A DNA stretch of 64,000 bases from an uncultured candidate division Zixibacteria bacterium (GTDB lineage Bacteria > Zixibacteria > MSB-5A5 > UBA10806): positions 1,408,001 to 1,472,000 of the forward strand of contig CAWDFP010000006.1 of the NCBI GenBank assembly GCA_963801605.1, in the 5' to 3' direction. A program made the translations under genes and the position numbers. Under the pieces are notes generated by a model that had not been told where the DNA came from, did no database searches, and worked only from the letters and a program-made list of their open reading frames with translations. Positions 11,378 through 21,132 of the stretch are shown one piece after another (position 1 is the stretch's first letter; the number at the start of each line of letters is the position of its first letter).

Positions 11378-11666
11378 TCAGATGCAATTTAGTTGTTTTG
11401 AAAAGGCTTTGGAAAGTGGATTGTATTTATTTATAATGAATTACAAAGGCGTCCTTTTAATTTGCAGTTGCCGCGGCGCTGGCAACCCGGGCGGAACCAT
11501 CGCGTTCTTGCCTTGATGATGATGGAGGAGAGAAGCATTTTACCTCGGGATGCTTATAATGATTTAATTCCGAGCATAACTATTTTTTCGCGGAGCAATT
11601 AACAAACGCTTCCGCGAACATGATATCAATCCGTCATTTTTTGGAATTGGTTGATTCGAGGTGATT

Positions 11667-13916
11667 ATGAAAACTCAGGTTCTTATCTCAAGCGCGATCA
11701 TCGCGGGATTTGTGTTATTTGGATGCAGCGATGAGCGGACTACAACACCATCGTCCAACACCGGTTTTATCGAAGGCCATGTCACGGTGGATGGTGTCGG
11801 CGCTTCCAGCGCCTACGGCTTAATTATATCTGTAACTCCCTATGTTATACTTAATGGTGGCAGCCCCAAACCCGATCAATCTCTGAGTCAATCCTCAATC
11901 TCCGAAGATGGCGACTATAGAATCGAAGTCACGCCTGGCTCATATAAAGTCTCGTTTACCTCTTCTGGAAACTATTACGGATTGTCCGCCTACAGATATC
12001 CAATTGAGGTTACCCCCGGCCAGACTACGACATTAAACGTAGAAATGAGAGAGCGCGGTGCCGTTAACCTTCTGGCCCTGGATTTTGATGCCCAGGTTTT
12101 GCTAACATTTGAAGGTGGCTATAACGCCGACCGATACCGTTATTATCGTTCACTCTCCGAGCTTAACCAGTACGAACTTATTTTGGAATCTTCTAACAAT
12201 TATAGGAACCTGACTGATCGTCCCCCATCTGTTGGAAATTATAAATATAAAGTTGTCGCCATTAATTCAAACGGAGAGACTCCGCCTTCAAATGAGGCCA
12301 TGGTCTCGTTCAGCGGCATTCCTCTGCCTCCGTCAATCTTGATTGCCCATGATCATATCAATCACGTTTCGCTATCCTGGCAGCGAAATTCCGACGGGCA
12401 GTCTTATGATATTTATAGATCCCTCAACGGTAACGATTGGACGCTCATTAAGACATCCACAAGTACCAGCTACGATGATTCTCTTCAAAATTATGCCCTT
12501 TATTATTATCGCCTTAAAACCCTTTCCCAGTACAATCTCGAATCGCCGCCAACTCAAACTGTGAGCGTTAATTACGATGGCCGCCCCGATGCGCCCACTA
12601 ACCTTGGGGCTCAAGATGCGGGGAATGAGATAGAATTATATTGGAATTCTTCCTTACCCGGCACGATATATAAATTATATCGAGCCTTTGGCGAAAATGG
12701 GAATTATGAGTTTATCGCAACGGTAAATACTAATAGATTCGTCGACCGCCCAACCGAACCTGGAACTTATTATTATCAGGTTACCGAATTGATAGCTGGT
12801 GGTTTCGAATCAGAACGTTCAATTCCTGTTTCGATTTACTTTGACGGCCATTTCGATCCTCCTACTGCTGTTGCGGCCAGTCTTCAGGGATTTCGCGTCT
12901 ACATTAGTTGGAATTCAGTCCCCAATGCCAGATATTATGGAGTCTATCGCTCCGCAGATAATGGCGAGCATTACCAGCGGACTGATATGTCTAACGGAAA
13001 TCAATGGGACGTTCCCCCTGCCATCGGGACTTACCTTTATGCTGTTACTACAATTACTGATGATGGCATGGTCGAAAGCGAAAAATCGGTTCCTGCCCAG
13101 ATATATTATTCAGGCCAGGGGACCGCTCCAAATTATATTAATGTTAATAGCTATGGCACATTTCTTCAAATCTATTGGGGGTCAGTGGAGGGCGCCGACT
13201 ACTATAAATTATATAGATCGCCTACTCTGGATGGAGAATATATTTCTATCGTGGACAGCCTTCATAATACCAACTTTTCAGATTCTCCCGATACCGCCGG
13301 TTACTACTATTATAAGGTCCAGGCTTTTACGCAGGACGGTTTATCCTCCGCTCTTAGCAATGCCACTTATATCTATTTTACTGACAAACCTATTCCGCCG
13401 CAATTCTACATTAGCAATATGGGATACTGCCTTCAATTAACCTGGAATACCGACACTACCAGATCGCTTTATATCGTTTATAGATACGACACCTACGCCA
13501 ACGATTATATCCCTATCGATTCCACCACCGGTTTTACATTGTATGATTATTTGGTTGCTCCGGGTAATTATAGTTACAGGATGAGAGTCAAACAATATGA
13601 CATCTATTCCGATTTTTCAGAACCGGCCTGGTGCTATTTTTCAGCGAGACTTGATGCTCCCCGTTTGTATTATCTCAATGATATCGGCCTATCGATCTTA
13701 TTCACCTGGTATAATCTTGAGGGCGCTAGTAAATATAATATTTTTCGAGGAACCAGCCGTAATAACCTCGTCTGGATAAATTATGTCATTGGTGATTGCG
13801 CTGTTTACGATACCCCGCCTTCCGAGGGTTGGTACTTCTATGCTGTTACCGGCGAAACAGAAGGTGGCCTGGAATCCCCAATGTCGGCTATCGATAGCAT
13901 TTACTTTACTCCCTGA
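11667..13916 (+). CDS. Fibronectin type III-repeat lipoprotein
   Basis: Lipobox FGC; repeated ~90-aa units (L.W...Y.IYRS...YYY.V.A...ES.PS); ends in FTP like its paralogue. Confidence 0.85.
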   Translation: MKTQVLISSAIIAGFVLFGCSDERTTTPSSNTGFIEGHVTVDGVGASSAYGLIISVTPYVILNGGSPKPDQSLSQSSISEDGDYRIEVTPGSYKVSFTSSGNYYGLSAYRYPIEVTPGQTTTLNVEMRERGAVNLLALDFDAQVLLTFEGGYNADRYRYYRSLSELNQYELILESSNNYRNLTDRPPSVGNYKYKVVAINSNGETPPSNEAMVSFSGIPLPPSILIAHDHINHVSLSWQRNSDGQSYDIYRSLNGNDWTLIKTSTSTSYDDSLQNYALYYYRLKTLSQYNLESPPTQTVSVNYDGRPDAPTNLGAQDAGNEIELYWNSSLPGTIYKLYRAFGENGNYEFIATVNTNRFVDRPTEPGTYYYQVTELIAGGFESERSIPVSIYFDGHFDPPTAVAASLQGFRVYISWNSVPNARYYGVYRSADNGEHYQRTDMSNGNQWDVPPAIGTYLYAVTTITDDGMVESEKSVPAQIYYSGQGTAPNYINVNSYGTFLQIYWGSVEGADYYKLYRSPTLDGEYISIVDSLHNTNFSDSPDTAGYYYYKVQAFTQDGLSSALSNATYIYFTDKPIPPQFYISNMGYCLQLTWNTDTTRSLYIVYRYDTYANDYIPIDSTTGFTLYDYLVAPGNYSYRMRVKQYDIYSDFSEPAWCYFSARLDAPRLYYLNDIGLSILFTWYNLEGASKYNIFRGTSRNNLVWINYVIGDCAVYDTPPSEGWYFYAVTGETEGGLESPMSAIDSIYFTP

Positions 13917-13952
13917 TAATTTTGTTCTATTTCGTTTTCAAAAGGAGGATTG

Positions 13953-15161
13953 GTGAACAAACTGACAATTGACGATATCGATTTGAAAGGCAAACGAGCC
14001 CTGCTCAGGGTCGACTTTAACGTTCCTATCGATGGTGGTAAGGTCACCGATGATACCCGGCTGGTGGCTTCTATACCAACAATCCAAAAATTGATTCAAT
14101 CCAACGCCAGGGTTATCCTCATGTCACATCTCGGCCGGCCCAAAGGCGGCCCCGATCCCAAATATAGCCTGCGTCCGGTGGCGGAGCGTCTCTCGAAGCT
14201 CATGGGCATCCCCGTTAAATTTGTTGATGATTGTATTGGGGCTGCTGCCCAGAGCGCCGCAAAAAATCTCGGTAATGGTGAAATTCTCCTCCTGGAAAAC
14301 TTACGTTTTCATCCCGAGGAGGAAAAAAACGAACCCAATTTTGCCAAAGAGCTGGCGTCCCTTGGCGATATTTATATCAATGACGCCTTCGGGTCTGCCC
14401 ATCGCGCCCACGCCTCCACCGAGGGTGTAACCCGCTATATCCAGCCCGCGGTCGCTGGATATCTCATGAAAAAGGAACTGGATTATCTTGGTATGGCCCT
14501 CGAGGATCCTGTCAGGCCGTTTGTAGCCATCCTCGGCGGAGCCAAGATATCCGGAAAGATTGATGTTATCTCCAACCTGCTTGATAAAGTTGACTCGCTT
14601 CTTATCGGAGGCGGCATGGCTTTCACCTTTTTCAAAGCAAAAGGGCTCAACGTTGGCAAATCCCTTTTGGAAGAAGATAAAATTAACGAGGCCAGCAATA
14701 TTATGCTGCTTGCCGAAAGCCGCAAATCCAATCTGGTATTGCCAATCGATGTGATAGTCACGACCGATTTGAACGACCCCAACGCTCCTTCCGAAATTGT
14801 CGGCGCCGCCGGTTTAAAAGGAGATATGATCGGTGTCGATATCGGACCTCGTACCGTTGATGCATTTCTTGAACATATCTCGTCCGCTGGCACCGTAATC
14901 TGGAATGGCCCTATGGGCATTTTCGAAAATCCGCGCTATGCATCCGGTACTTTTGCAATTGCCAAGGCGTTGGCCGATGCTACCGACCGCGGTTGCATCA
15001 CAATCGTAGGCGGCGGCGATTCAGCGGCCGCCGTTGCCAAAGCCGGGTTGGCCGATAGAATGTCCCATGTCTCAACTGGCGGTGGCGCTTCGTTGGAATT
15101 TCTCGAGGGCAAAAAACTGCCCGGTGTGGCGGCATTGACCAACAAAGGAGGCAATAAGTGA
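13953..15161 (+). CDS. pgk: Phosphoglycerate kinase
   Basis: [31 protein letters not shown]. Confidence 0.98.
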   Translation: MNKLTIDDIDLKGKRALLRVDFNVPIDGGKVTDDTRLVASIPTIQKLIQSNARVILMSHLGRPKGGPDPKYSLRPVAERLSKLMGIPVKFVDDCIGAAAQSAAKNLGNGEILLLENLRFHPEEEKNEPNFAKELASLGDIYINDAFGSAHRAHASTEGVTRYIQPAVAGYLMKKELDYLGMALEDPVRPFVAILGGAKISGKIDVISNLLDKVDSLLIGGGMAFTFFKAKGLNVGKSLLEEDKINEASNIMLLAESRKSNLVLPIDVIVTTDLNDPNAPSEIVGAAGLKGDMIGVDIGPRTVDAFLEHISSAGTVIWNGPMGIFENPRYASGTFAIAKALADATDRGCITIVGGGDSAAAVAKAGLADRMSHVSTGGGASLEFLEGKKLPGVAALTNKGGNK

Positions 15162-15907
15162 GAAAAGCATTCGTCGCCGGCAACTGGAAAATGTACACCG
15201 ATTTCGCATCGGCAGGGGAGTTGGCCGGGAAACTTAAAATCTCCCTGGGAAGCGCTGACTGGACCGATATCGCGGTATTTCCGCCTTTTACTTCGCTTGG
15301 CTCCGTTATTACCGCCTTACAGGGAACAGCGATCTCTGTTGGCGGCCAGAATCTGTTTTGGGAAAAGGAAGGCGCTTATACCGGCGAAATTTCCCCATTG
15401 ATGCTTAAGCACGTCGGCTGCAGCATGGTTCTGATTGGACATTCCGAACGACGCACTTATTTTGGAGAAAAAGATTCCACCGTCCTTCGTAAAATCCACG
15501 CGGCTCTGGGGGCCGGTCTCAAGCCTATCGTTTGTGTAGGGGAGACTTTGGAACAGCGCGAATCAGGCATCACCGAGTCGGTCGTGGAACGCCAGATCAA
15601 AGAAGGACTGGGTGAGATTAAGAATATTTCTAATATCACTTTGGCTTATGAGCCGGTATGGGCTATTGGAACCGGCCGCAATGCCACGCCTCAGCAGGCG
15701 CAGGATGTCCATAAATTTATTCGAAACCTCGTAGCCCAATGCTGGAACCTCGAAACAGCTGAGGCGATCCGCATATTATATGGCGGTTCGGTCAAACCGG
15801 ATAACTCCCGAACCCTATGGGAAATGGACGATATCGATGGTTTTTTGGTGGGTGGGGCCAGCTTAAAAGCCGATTCTTTTACGGCGATTGCGGAATCGGT
15901 TAAATAA
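15158..15907 (+). CDS. tpiA: Triosephosphate isomerase
   Basis: [28 protein letters not shown]. Confidence 0.98.
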   Translation: MRKAFVAGNWKMYTDFASAGELAGKLKISLGSADWTDIAVFPPFTSLGSVITALQGTAISVGGQNLFWEKEGAYTGEISPLMLKHVGCSMVLIGHSERRTYFGEKDSTVLRKIHAALGAGLKPIVCVGETLEQRESGITESVVERQIKEGLGEIKNISNITLAYEPVWAIGTGRNATPQQAQDVHKFIRNLVAQCWNLETAEAIRILYGGSVKPDNSRTLWEMDDIDGFLVGGASLKADSFTAIAESVK

Positions 15908-15980
15908 GGCCTTGACATATTTGGCTCAGTAAATATCTTTAGAGGTTACTGAAAATTTTTTTGGAGGATTGAAATAAGAA

Positions 15981-16475
15981 ATGGCATTTTTGTATCCCAT
16001 ACTGATCGTAATACATATCTTGATCAGCGCTTCGCTGATTATCGTAGTATTATTACAGTCATCAAAAGGTGAAGGCCTGGCAGGCGCTTTTGGTGGCGGC
16101 GGCTTGAGCGGCGCGGTTTTTGGTGGACGTGGCGCGGCCACATTCTTGTCCAAGGCCACTTCGGTATTAGCTATCTGCTTTATGCTTTCGAGCATTGGAC
16201 TGACAGTTGTTTCATTAGGCGTAAAAGGCAGCAGTACCTCATCCGGTGTTATCCAGAATTTGAAAACTGGCCAATCGCAGCAGCTTCCCGAGACTCCAAC
16301 TACTGTTCCTGGAGCCCCCCAGCAGGGTGCTCAGCCAGGCGCTCAGAATGGTACGGGATCGGATTTGTTTAATCAAACTGCCCCGGCTCAATCGCAGCAA
16401 CCTGCTACGACCGCACCTCCTCCGGCTTCCCAGCAACAGACTCCGGCCACGCCAAAGCCGGCTGGGACCAAGTAA
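15981..16475 (+). CDS. secG: Preprotein translocase subunit SecG with Q/P/T-rich tail
   Basis: VLLQ..KG.GL.GAFGG, FLSKAT; tpiA-secG-tRNA-Leu synteny. Confidence 0.93.
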   Translation: MAFLYPILIVIHILISASLIIVVLLQSSKGEGLAGAFGGGGLSGAVFGGRGAATFLSKATSVLAICFMLSSIGLTVVSLGVKGSSTSSGVIQNLKTGQSQQLPETPTTVPGAPQQGAQPGAQNGTGSDLFNQTAPAQSQQPATTAPPPASQQQTPATPKPAGTK

Positions 16476-16486
16476 AGCTATCTAAC

Positions 16487-16568
16487 GCGGAAGTGGCGGA
16501 ACTGGCAGACGCGCCATCTTGAGGGGGTGGTGCCGAAAGGCGTGAGGGTTCAAGTCCCTCCTTCCGCA
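16487..16568 (+). tRNA. tRNA-Leu (anticodon GAG), CCA not encoded
   Basis: GCGGAAG/CTTCCGC acceptor stem, CCATC-TTGAGGG-GGTGG anticodon arm, long variable arm, GGTTCAAGTCC T-loop. Confidence 0.96.
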
Positions 16569-16580
16569 GATAAAGATATA

Positions 16581-16609
16581 TCCCGCAAGTCGTTGTAAGA
16601 CTTGCGGGA
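16581..16609 (+). terminator. Hairpin downstream of tRNA-Leu
   Basis: TCCCGCAAGTC-GTTGTAA-GACTTGCGGGA followed by T-rich sequence. Confidence 0.55.
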
Positions 16610-16741
16610 ATCTTATTTTCTGGGAGCACTTACAGTGTTTTTCTCAGATTTTAAGTCAGTATATCTACCAATAACTTACAACGAATTTATAGGCATATAT
16701 GTAACAGTCACAAAATAAGAATGTCCATAGACGGGTAAAAA

Positions 16742-16931
16742 AGACGGATAGAAGCCGTCTCAGGCTGTTAACAATTAGTCATTTCGAGAATTGTTGCTTG
16801 CAAGAGTATATTTCCCTATTGATTAAAGTGTAGGGGCGTATTGCAATACGCCCCTACAATAAAATAATTAAATTTCGAATGGGATAAATCTATGACTTTG
16901 TAAACAATCTCAGACGGATAGAAGCCGTCTC
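16742..16931. repeat. 20-bp direct repeat AGACGGATAGAAGCCGTCTC (16742-16761, 16912-16931)
   Basis: Identical copies; each is itself a small inverted repeat. Confidence 0.85.
16829..16858. repeat. Perfect 30-bp palindrome, GTAG-type REP-like
   Basis: TGTAGGGGCGTATTG|CAATACGCCCCTACA. Confidence 0.85.
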
Positions 16932-16979
16932 TTTTTCGGGTGGAGCAACGCATATGCCAATTGGTATCCCATTGAGATT

Positions 16980-17441
16980 CTAGTAGGGGAGAAGATTGAT
17001 TTTTTCGCGGTTCACATCGGGGGCATGGTAAGCGTAAATGAGCGTTGACTGAATATCGGAATGCCCCATCCACGCTTGGATATCTCGAATCGGCACTCCC
17101 GATGCAAGGGTATACGTTCCAAACGTACGACGCAAGTCGTTCAGTTTGTCTAATTGCCCAAGTTTTTGTAATTATCTCTGGTAAGCTAATGACAATTCCT
17201 GTGGCCTGTGGTACTTAATGGTTACCCCTTCTTTTTTGCTTCTGGGAAGTGCCCATGAATCCTTGAGCACATTGGTTTGCTTGAGAATTTTAGCCAGCTG
17301 ATGACTCAGGGGGATCGTACGTGGCCGCTTACCTTTGGAAGTATAGCTGCGATCGGACCGTATTTTTATTTCCATCTTCTTGAAATCGATGTCCGACATT
17401 TTTAATTCAACCATTTCAGATCTTCGCAAACTAGAATATAC
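16980..17441 (-). pseudogene. Tyrosine recombinase/integrase C-terminal relic
   Basis: One frame: YSSLRRSE...TSKGK...in-frame TAA (17172-17174)...NDLRRTFG...WMGHSDIQSTLIYA; N-terminal half missing. Confidence 0.85.
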
Positions 17442-17532
17442 TCATAATCCAATCAGCCTCTTAATATATGGCGAAGCGGCTGTCATCAGGAGCCTTTGGG
17501 AAGTCGACAGCAGGGTATGGTAAGCCTCGAAA

Positions 17533-17670
17533 TCAATTTGGTTTTCCACTGCCGGGTACCGAAGCGTTCTTAGATTGCTTCTCCTGCTTTCTCAATGTCT
17601 CCTGGCCCTGTTTATCTAACTTTTGTTTTTGGCTCTTGTTCTTATCCTTTTTCCCGCCTTTGTCTCCCAT
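17533..17670 (-). CDS. 45-aa Lys/Gln-rich small protein (MGDKGGKKDKNKSQKQK...)
   Basis: Below ORF-track cutoff; GAAAGGAG RBS, perfect promoter upstream. Confidence 0.75.
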   Translation of the reverse strand: MGDKGGKKDKNKSQKQKLDKQGQETLRKQEKQSKNASVPGSGKPN

Positions 17671-17799
17671 TTCGTGACTCCTTTCAATTTACCATTTTCC
17701 CTCTTACTGAGGAGGGCATTAGCCGCACCATAGATTTAAGGCGGCTAATCTGCATCGTATTTAAGGCCATTAGTATAAATTACAATAATTATCTATAAT

Positions 17800-17828
17800 A
17801 TTATAGCCCGCCAATTAATTAGTGTCAA
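17800..17828 (-). promoter_or_regulatory. Consensus sigma70 promoter for the 45-aa gene
   Basis: TTGACA-N17-TATAAT on the minus strand. Confidence 0.8.
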
Positions 17829-18044
17829 CCAGAATCAAGGTAAATGGTCGAGTTGGCGGTTCGAGTTTGATGTCTATTGCTGCCATATTATTTGTACTAA
17901 GGCAATTCATTTTCAACTTGACGAATTAGGCTTTTTTTTGCTAATCTTGGCATTCGTAATACCCGCTTGCCCCGCTGTTATAATGGTAGGGGTGTCGCGG
18001 CGGCCAGAACATTAACGCCTAGACGGTTGTGGAGGCACAATCGA

Positions 18045-18716
18045 ATGTCGAAAATCAGAGTACTGCTGATCGAAGATAACCGCCTTCTACGAGAAGGCAT
18101 AGAAGCCATGCTCAACGAGCAGGAGGATATCAGGGCACTTTCGGCCGCCGGGAATGGTGATGCCTTTGAAAAAGCGGAGAAGCTCAATCCACATGTCGTC
18201 CTCCTGGATCTTGGTCTCAGGAGCCAAAACAGCCTAAAGGTGGTAGGACACATCAGGAAGAAGTTTCCCGGGACAGAGGTGGTCGTGATGGATCTTATTC
18301 CCGTGCATGCCGAGGTCATTGAATTCGTGAAAGCCGGTGTTTCGGGCTTCATTCTCAAAGACGCCACTCTCGATGATTTTCTGCATACCATCAGGTCAGT
18401 TGCGAAAGGGAAAAAAGTTCTTCCGCCACCATTAACCGATTCGCTCTTTTCCCATATTGTCGAGCACGCTGTCCAGGCGGGTAAAGTAGACGAACTAATC
18501 GAGTCGGTTAAGTTGACTAAAAGGGAACAGGATGTAATAGATCTGATAGCCCTTGGCCGAAGCAATAAGGCAATCGCCTCGGAACTTAATATCGCTATCC
18601 ATACAGTCAAAAGCCATGTGCATAATATTCTCGAAAAGCTGGCCCTGCATACGCGTCTTGAATTGGCCAGTTTCGCTCATACCAAAAACACAAATATCGA
18701 TAACTCTGAACGGTAA
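18045..18716 (+). CDS. NarL/LuxR-family response regulator (paralogue 1)
   Basis: REC (IEDN, LLDLGL, GFILKD) + LuxR HTH (LTKRE..SNKAIA..TVKSHVHNILEKL); GGAGG RBS. Confidence 0.93.
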   Translation: MSKIRVLLIEDNRLLREGIEAMLNEQEDIRALSAAGNGDAFEKAEKLNPHVVLLDLGLRSQNSLKVVGHIRKKFPGTEVVVMDLIPVHAEVIEFVKAGVSGFILKDATLDDFLHTIRSVAKGKKVLPPPLTDSLFSHIVEHAVQAGKVDELIESVKLTKREQDVIDLIALGRSNKAIASELNIAIHTVKSHVHNILEKLALHTRLELASFAHTKNTNIDNSER

Positions 18717-18751
18717 CCTAAGAACCGTAAGTAGAAATCAATCAAAGGGAT

Positions 18752-18806
18752 TAGACCCTTTTTCAATCCTTAGAGCGATTGACCCAATTTTAAATCTTTA
18801 TATAAT
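18752..18806 (+). promoter_or_regulatory. Island promoter motif copy 1
   Basis: TAGACCCTTTTTCAATCCTTAGAGCGATTG running into TTGACC-N16-TATAAT. Confidence 0.8.
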
Positions 18807-18961
18807 AGGTCCATAGATATGTACCGTTTTCCGGAAGACTAAAAGGGGGCTTCCGGAGAACTGAATTTTCATGAAGTTTGATTCATGAAGAGGCGAACTC
18901 GGCGAGGGGACAATCAATTAAGGGACGAGTTAGAATATTATTGTGTGGTGATGAGGTTATC

Positions 18962-19075
18962 ATGAAAACCCTGAAGGAGATTACCGTCGAGTTAGACTTG
19001 CTTTTTGCAAGGCTGTTCAACATGGACGATAAGGTAGAAATGCTGGAACAGCAAATTGGGGGAGTATCAGTCTGA
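18962..19075 (+). CDS. 37-aa putative coiled-coil peptide
   Basis: GAGGT RBS, MKTLKEITVELDLLFARLFNMDDKVEMLEQQIGGVSV, heptad-like pattern, first ORF after motif copy 1. Confidence 0.45.
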   Translation: MKTLKEITVELDLLFARLFNMDDKVEMLEQQIGGVSV

Positions 19076-19516
19076 TTATCTGGAGGAACTCGATAATTCT
19101 AAGGCGGAGCAAAAACAAATTGTAATTGATTCAAAAAATATAAGTAAGGAATATTGGGGTACCTTGTAGAGTATTTCAAAATTCAATTGCCATTTATCAT
19201 GATGCAATTTGGCATAATTTATTAATGGTTCATAGAGAAATAAAATAAGGACATTGTTCGAATCTACATAACCGGGATCAAGGAGCGGTAGGGCGTTCTC
19301 TGGAAACCCATGAGGGGTCTTTAGAGAAATAATATTCCCTGGAATGAGGGGAAATTTCCAGGGAAAAGATCCCCCGAGAAGCTGATAAGGCTTCCGGGGG
19401 AGTAAATAAGACTCAGGAATAAATCAAGATCGGGAAATTATAAATGCTCCCACAGCCAAGTTGTATTCGTCCGAACGCCCGTACGTATGCCTAACAATTA
19501 ATAGATAGGATTTTCC

Positions 19517-20056
19517 ATGACCTATGAAACGATAGGGAAAAATGAACTCCAAGACGAGGCCCTATTAAATCTGGATGCTATCTGGCAAACAGCTCTATGG
19601 TTCGCCAATAGCGACCACGAAGCTGAAGACCTGGTTATGAATACCTACGTGAAAGCCTCTACGTTTTGGGTTGATACTATTTCCAAAGACGGCTGTAAGG
19701 CCCAATTGTTCAAGGTTTTGATGAAGTTGCTCTTTGGAAAAACCCGGCTGAATTTCCGCGCACATTCATCCGTCAGTTTCGAAAATATGCATGATTCAAT
19801 ACCACCAGATAAAGTTTCAGAATTCGAGACAATTCCCAGGGACGTGATAATTGGGGCCATCAAGGGGCTTCCGGTAGAAATTCGCCTGGTTATGGTATTA
19901 TCGATTTTTGAAAAGTTCTCATATCAAAAGATCGCCGAAATATTAGGCGTTCATAAGAAGGCTGTAAGACTAAATATATATCAAGGATATATGCTTCTTC
20001 GACGAGATATCATCGATTCTTTTGCTGCGGGGAATAATAAAATGGCAGTTGGATGA
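19517..20056 (+). CDS. Divergent ECF sigma-70-like protein (copy 1)
   Basis: sigma2-like EAEDLV..TYVKA; sigma4-like AIKGLP..IR.V..L...EKFSYQKIAEILG. Confidence 0.8.
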   Translation: MTYETIGKNELQDEALLNLDAIWQTALWFANSDHEAEDLVMNTYVKASTFWVDTISKDGCKAQLFKVLMKLLFGKTRLNFRAHSSVSFENMHDSIPPDKVSEFETIPRDVIIGAIKGLPVEIRLVMVLSIFEKFSYQKIAEILGVHKKAVRLNIYQGYMLLRRDIIDSFAAGNNKMAVG

Positions 20057-20089
20057 TACCAAAGAATCAAATTCGCAAGGGGGCAATCT

Positions 20090-20471
20090 GTGACGAAATA
20101 CGTGGAACTCGATAGACTTAGACCTAACAGTTGGTTTCTTAATAGGAAAAAGGTTGAAATTGTCCGCCAAATTTGGCGCGAAGGGAAGCAGCATCATCTC
20201 CATTGCTATACTTGTAACCACCATCGATAACGAACTAAGTTTGCTTGATGGCCATTGCCGGGCTTTTGTAGCCTGGGAAAATGGAGCTTTAGAAATTCAG
20301 GCGAATATTGTATCACTCGACCAGGTCAGCGGCCCCACGGAATTATATATTATCTTTCATCATCAAGCGCCCAGCGTCGGTATTCGAAATGTTCATGATC
20401 TAGGCAAAAGAATATATGATTTGTCTGATACAACCGACCCTGACATCGCGATTGCAATTACAGACGTATAA
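20090..20471 (+). CDS. ParB/sulfiredoxin-fold small protein (copy 1), +1 frameshift near 20200
   Basis: GTG 20090 MTKYVELDRLRPNSWFL joins ...LLDGHCRAFVAWENG; colinear with intact copy at 49230. Confidence 0.75.
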
Positions 20472-20539
20472 GTTGGAAATATAAGCCTTAGTTGCAATAG
20501 AATATTCAATGCGCAAATACATAATATTTGGATAATTAA

Positions 20540-20566
20540 AAAGGCCAGGCAAATTGCCTGGCCTTT
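20540..20566. terminator. Bidirectional intrinsic terminator
   Basis: AAAGGCCAGGC-AAATT-GCCTGGCCTTT between convergent genes. Confidence 0.75.
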
Positions 20567-20601
20567 AATAATTCCATCTATGTGAGTGAAATTACATGCT
20601 G

Positions 20602-20877
20602 TTAATAGCGGGAACCGCGGTCGCGGTTGTCTGTGCGTGGACGAGCCTCGCTGACAGTTATCGAACGACCATCGAGATCCTTGCCATTAAGATTGAGAAT
20701 GGCTGCGTCGGCTTCAGTTTTATTCGGCATTTCAATAAAGCCGAACCCCTTTGACTCGCCGCTCATCTTGTCTTTGATAATGTTGGCGGTCGAAACCTGG
20801 CCATGGCTTTCAAACGCCTGTCGAAGGCTGTCAACTTGTGTCTGGTGTGATAGATTTCCGATGAATATATTCATCAT
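20602..20877 (-). CDS. RRM-domain RNA-binding protein
   Basis: RNP2 IFIGNL, RNP1 KGFGFIEM, C-terminal V.EARPR. Confidence 0.95.
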   Translation of the reverse strand: MMNIFIGNLSHQTQVDSLRQAFESHGQVSTANIIKDKMSGESKGFGFIEMPNKTEADAAILNLNGKDLDGRSITVSEARPRTDNRDRGSRY

Positions 20878-21048
20878 TTCTCCTTTTTTCGTTCATCTCG
20901 CGACTTGCATCGATTAAGACGCACATTCTGGCAAAATAAACAGATTCTTGCGCGTTATTGCGCTTGACTCCGGGATTAATATTTTGCCAAGGATTGGGTG
21001 TTAGGCAAGGCTTGAGAAAACTTAATTAGGGAGGTCGTTAACATAATG

Positions 21049-21077
21049 ATAATAACTATTAGATTCTTGAATGTCAA
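21049..21077 (-). promoter_or_regulatory. sigma70 promoter of the RRM gene
   Basis: TTGACA-N17-TATTAT on the minus strand. Confidence 0.6.
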
Positions 21078-21132
21078 GGAATATCTTCTGGTTATAACAG
21101 ACAAATCAACCTTTGAGACTTAACACAAAAAC

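Noticed and set aside
16816..17073. 85-aa minus-strand ORF
   Set aside because: Out-of-frame overlap with the integrase relic and repeats
17468..17798. Plus-strand ORFs of 69 and 67 aa
   Set aside because: Shadows of the minus-strand 45-aa gene, which has the RBS and promoter
17978..18610. 210-aa antisense ORF, and similar antisense ORFs over gap, pgk, tonB and the GT4 gene
   Set aside because: Codon-structure shadows of well-supported genes
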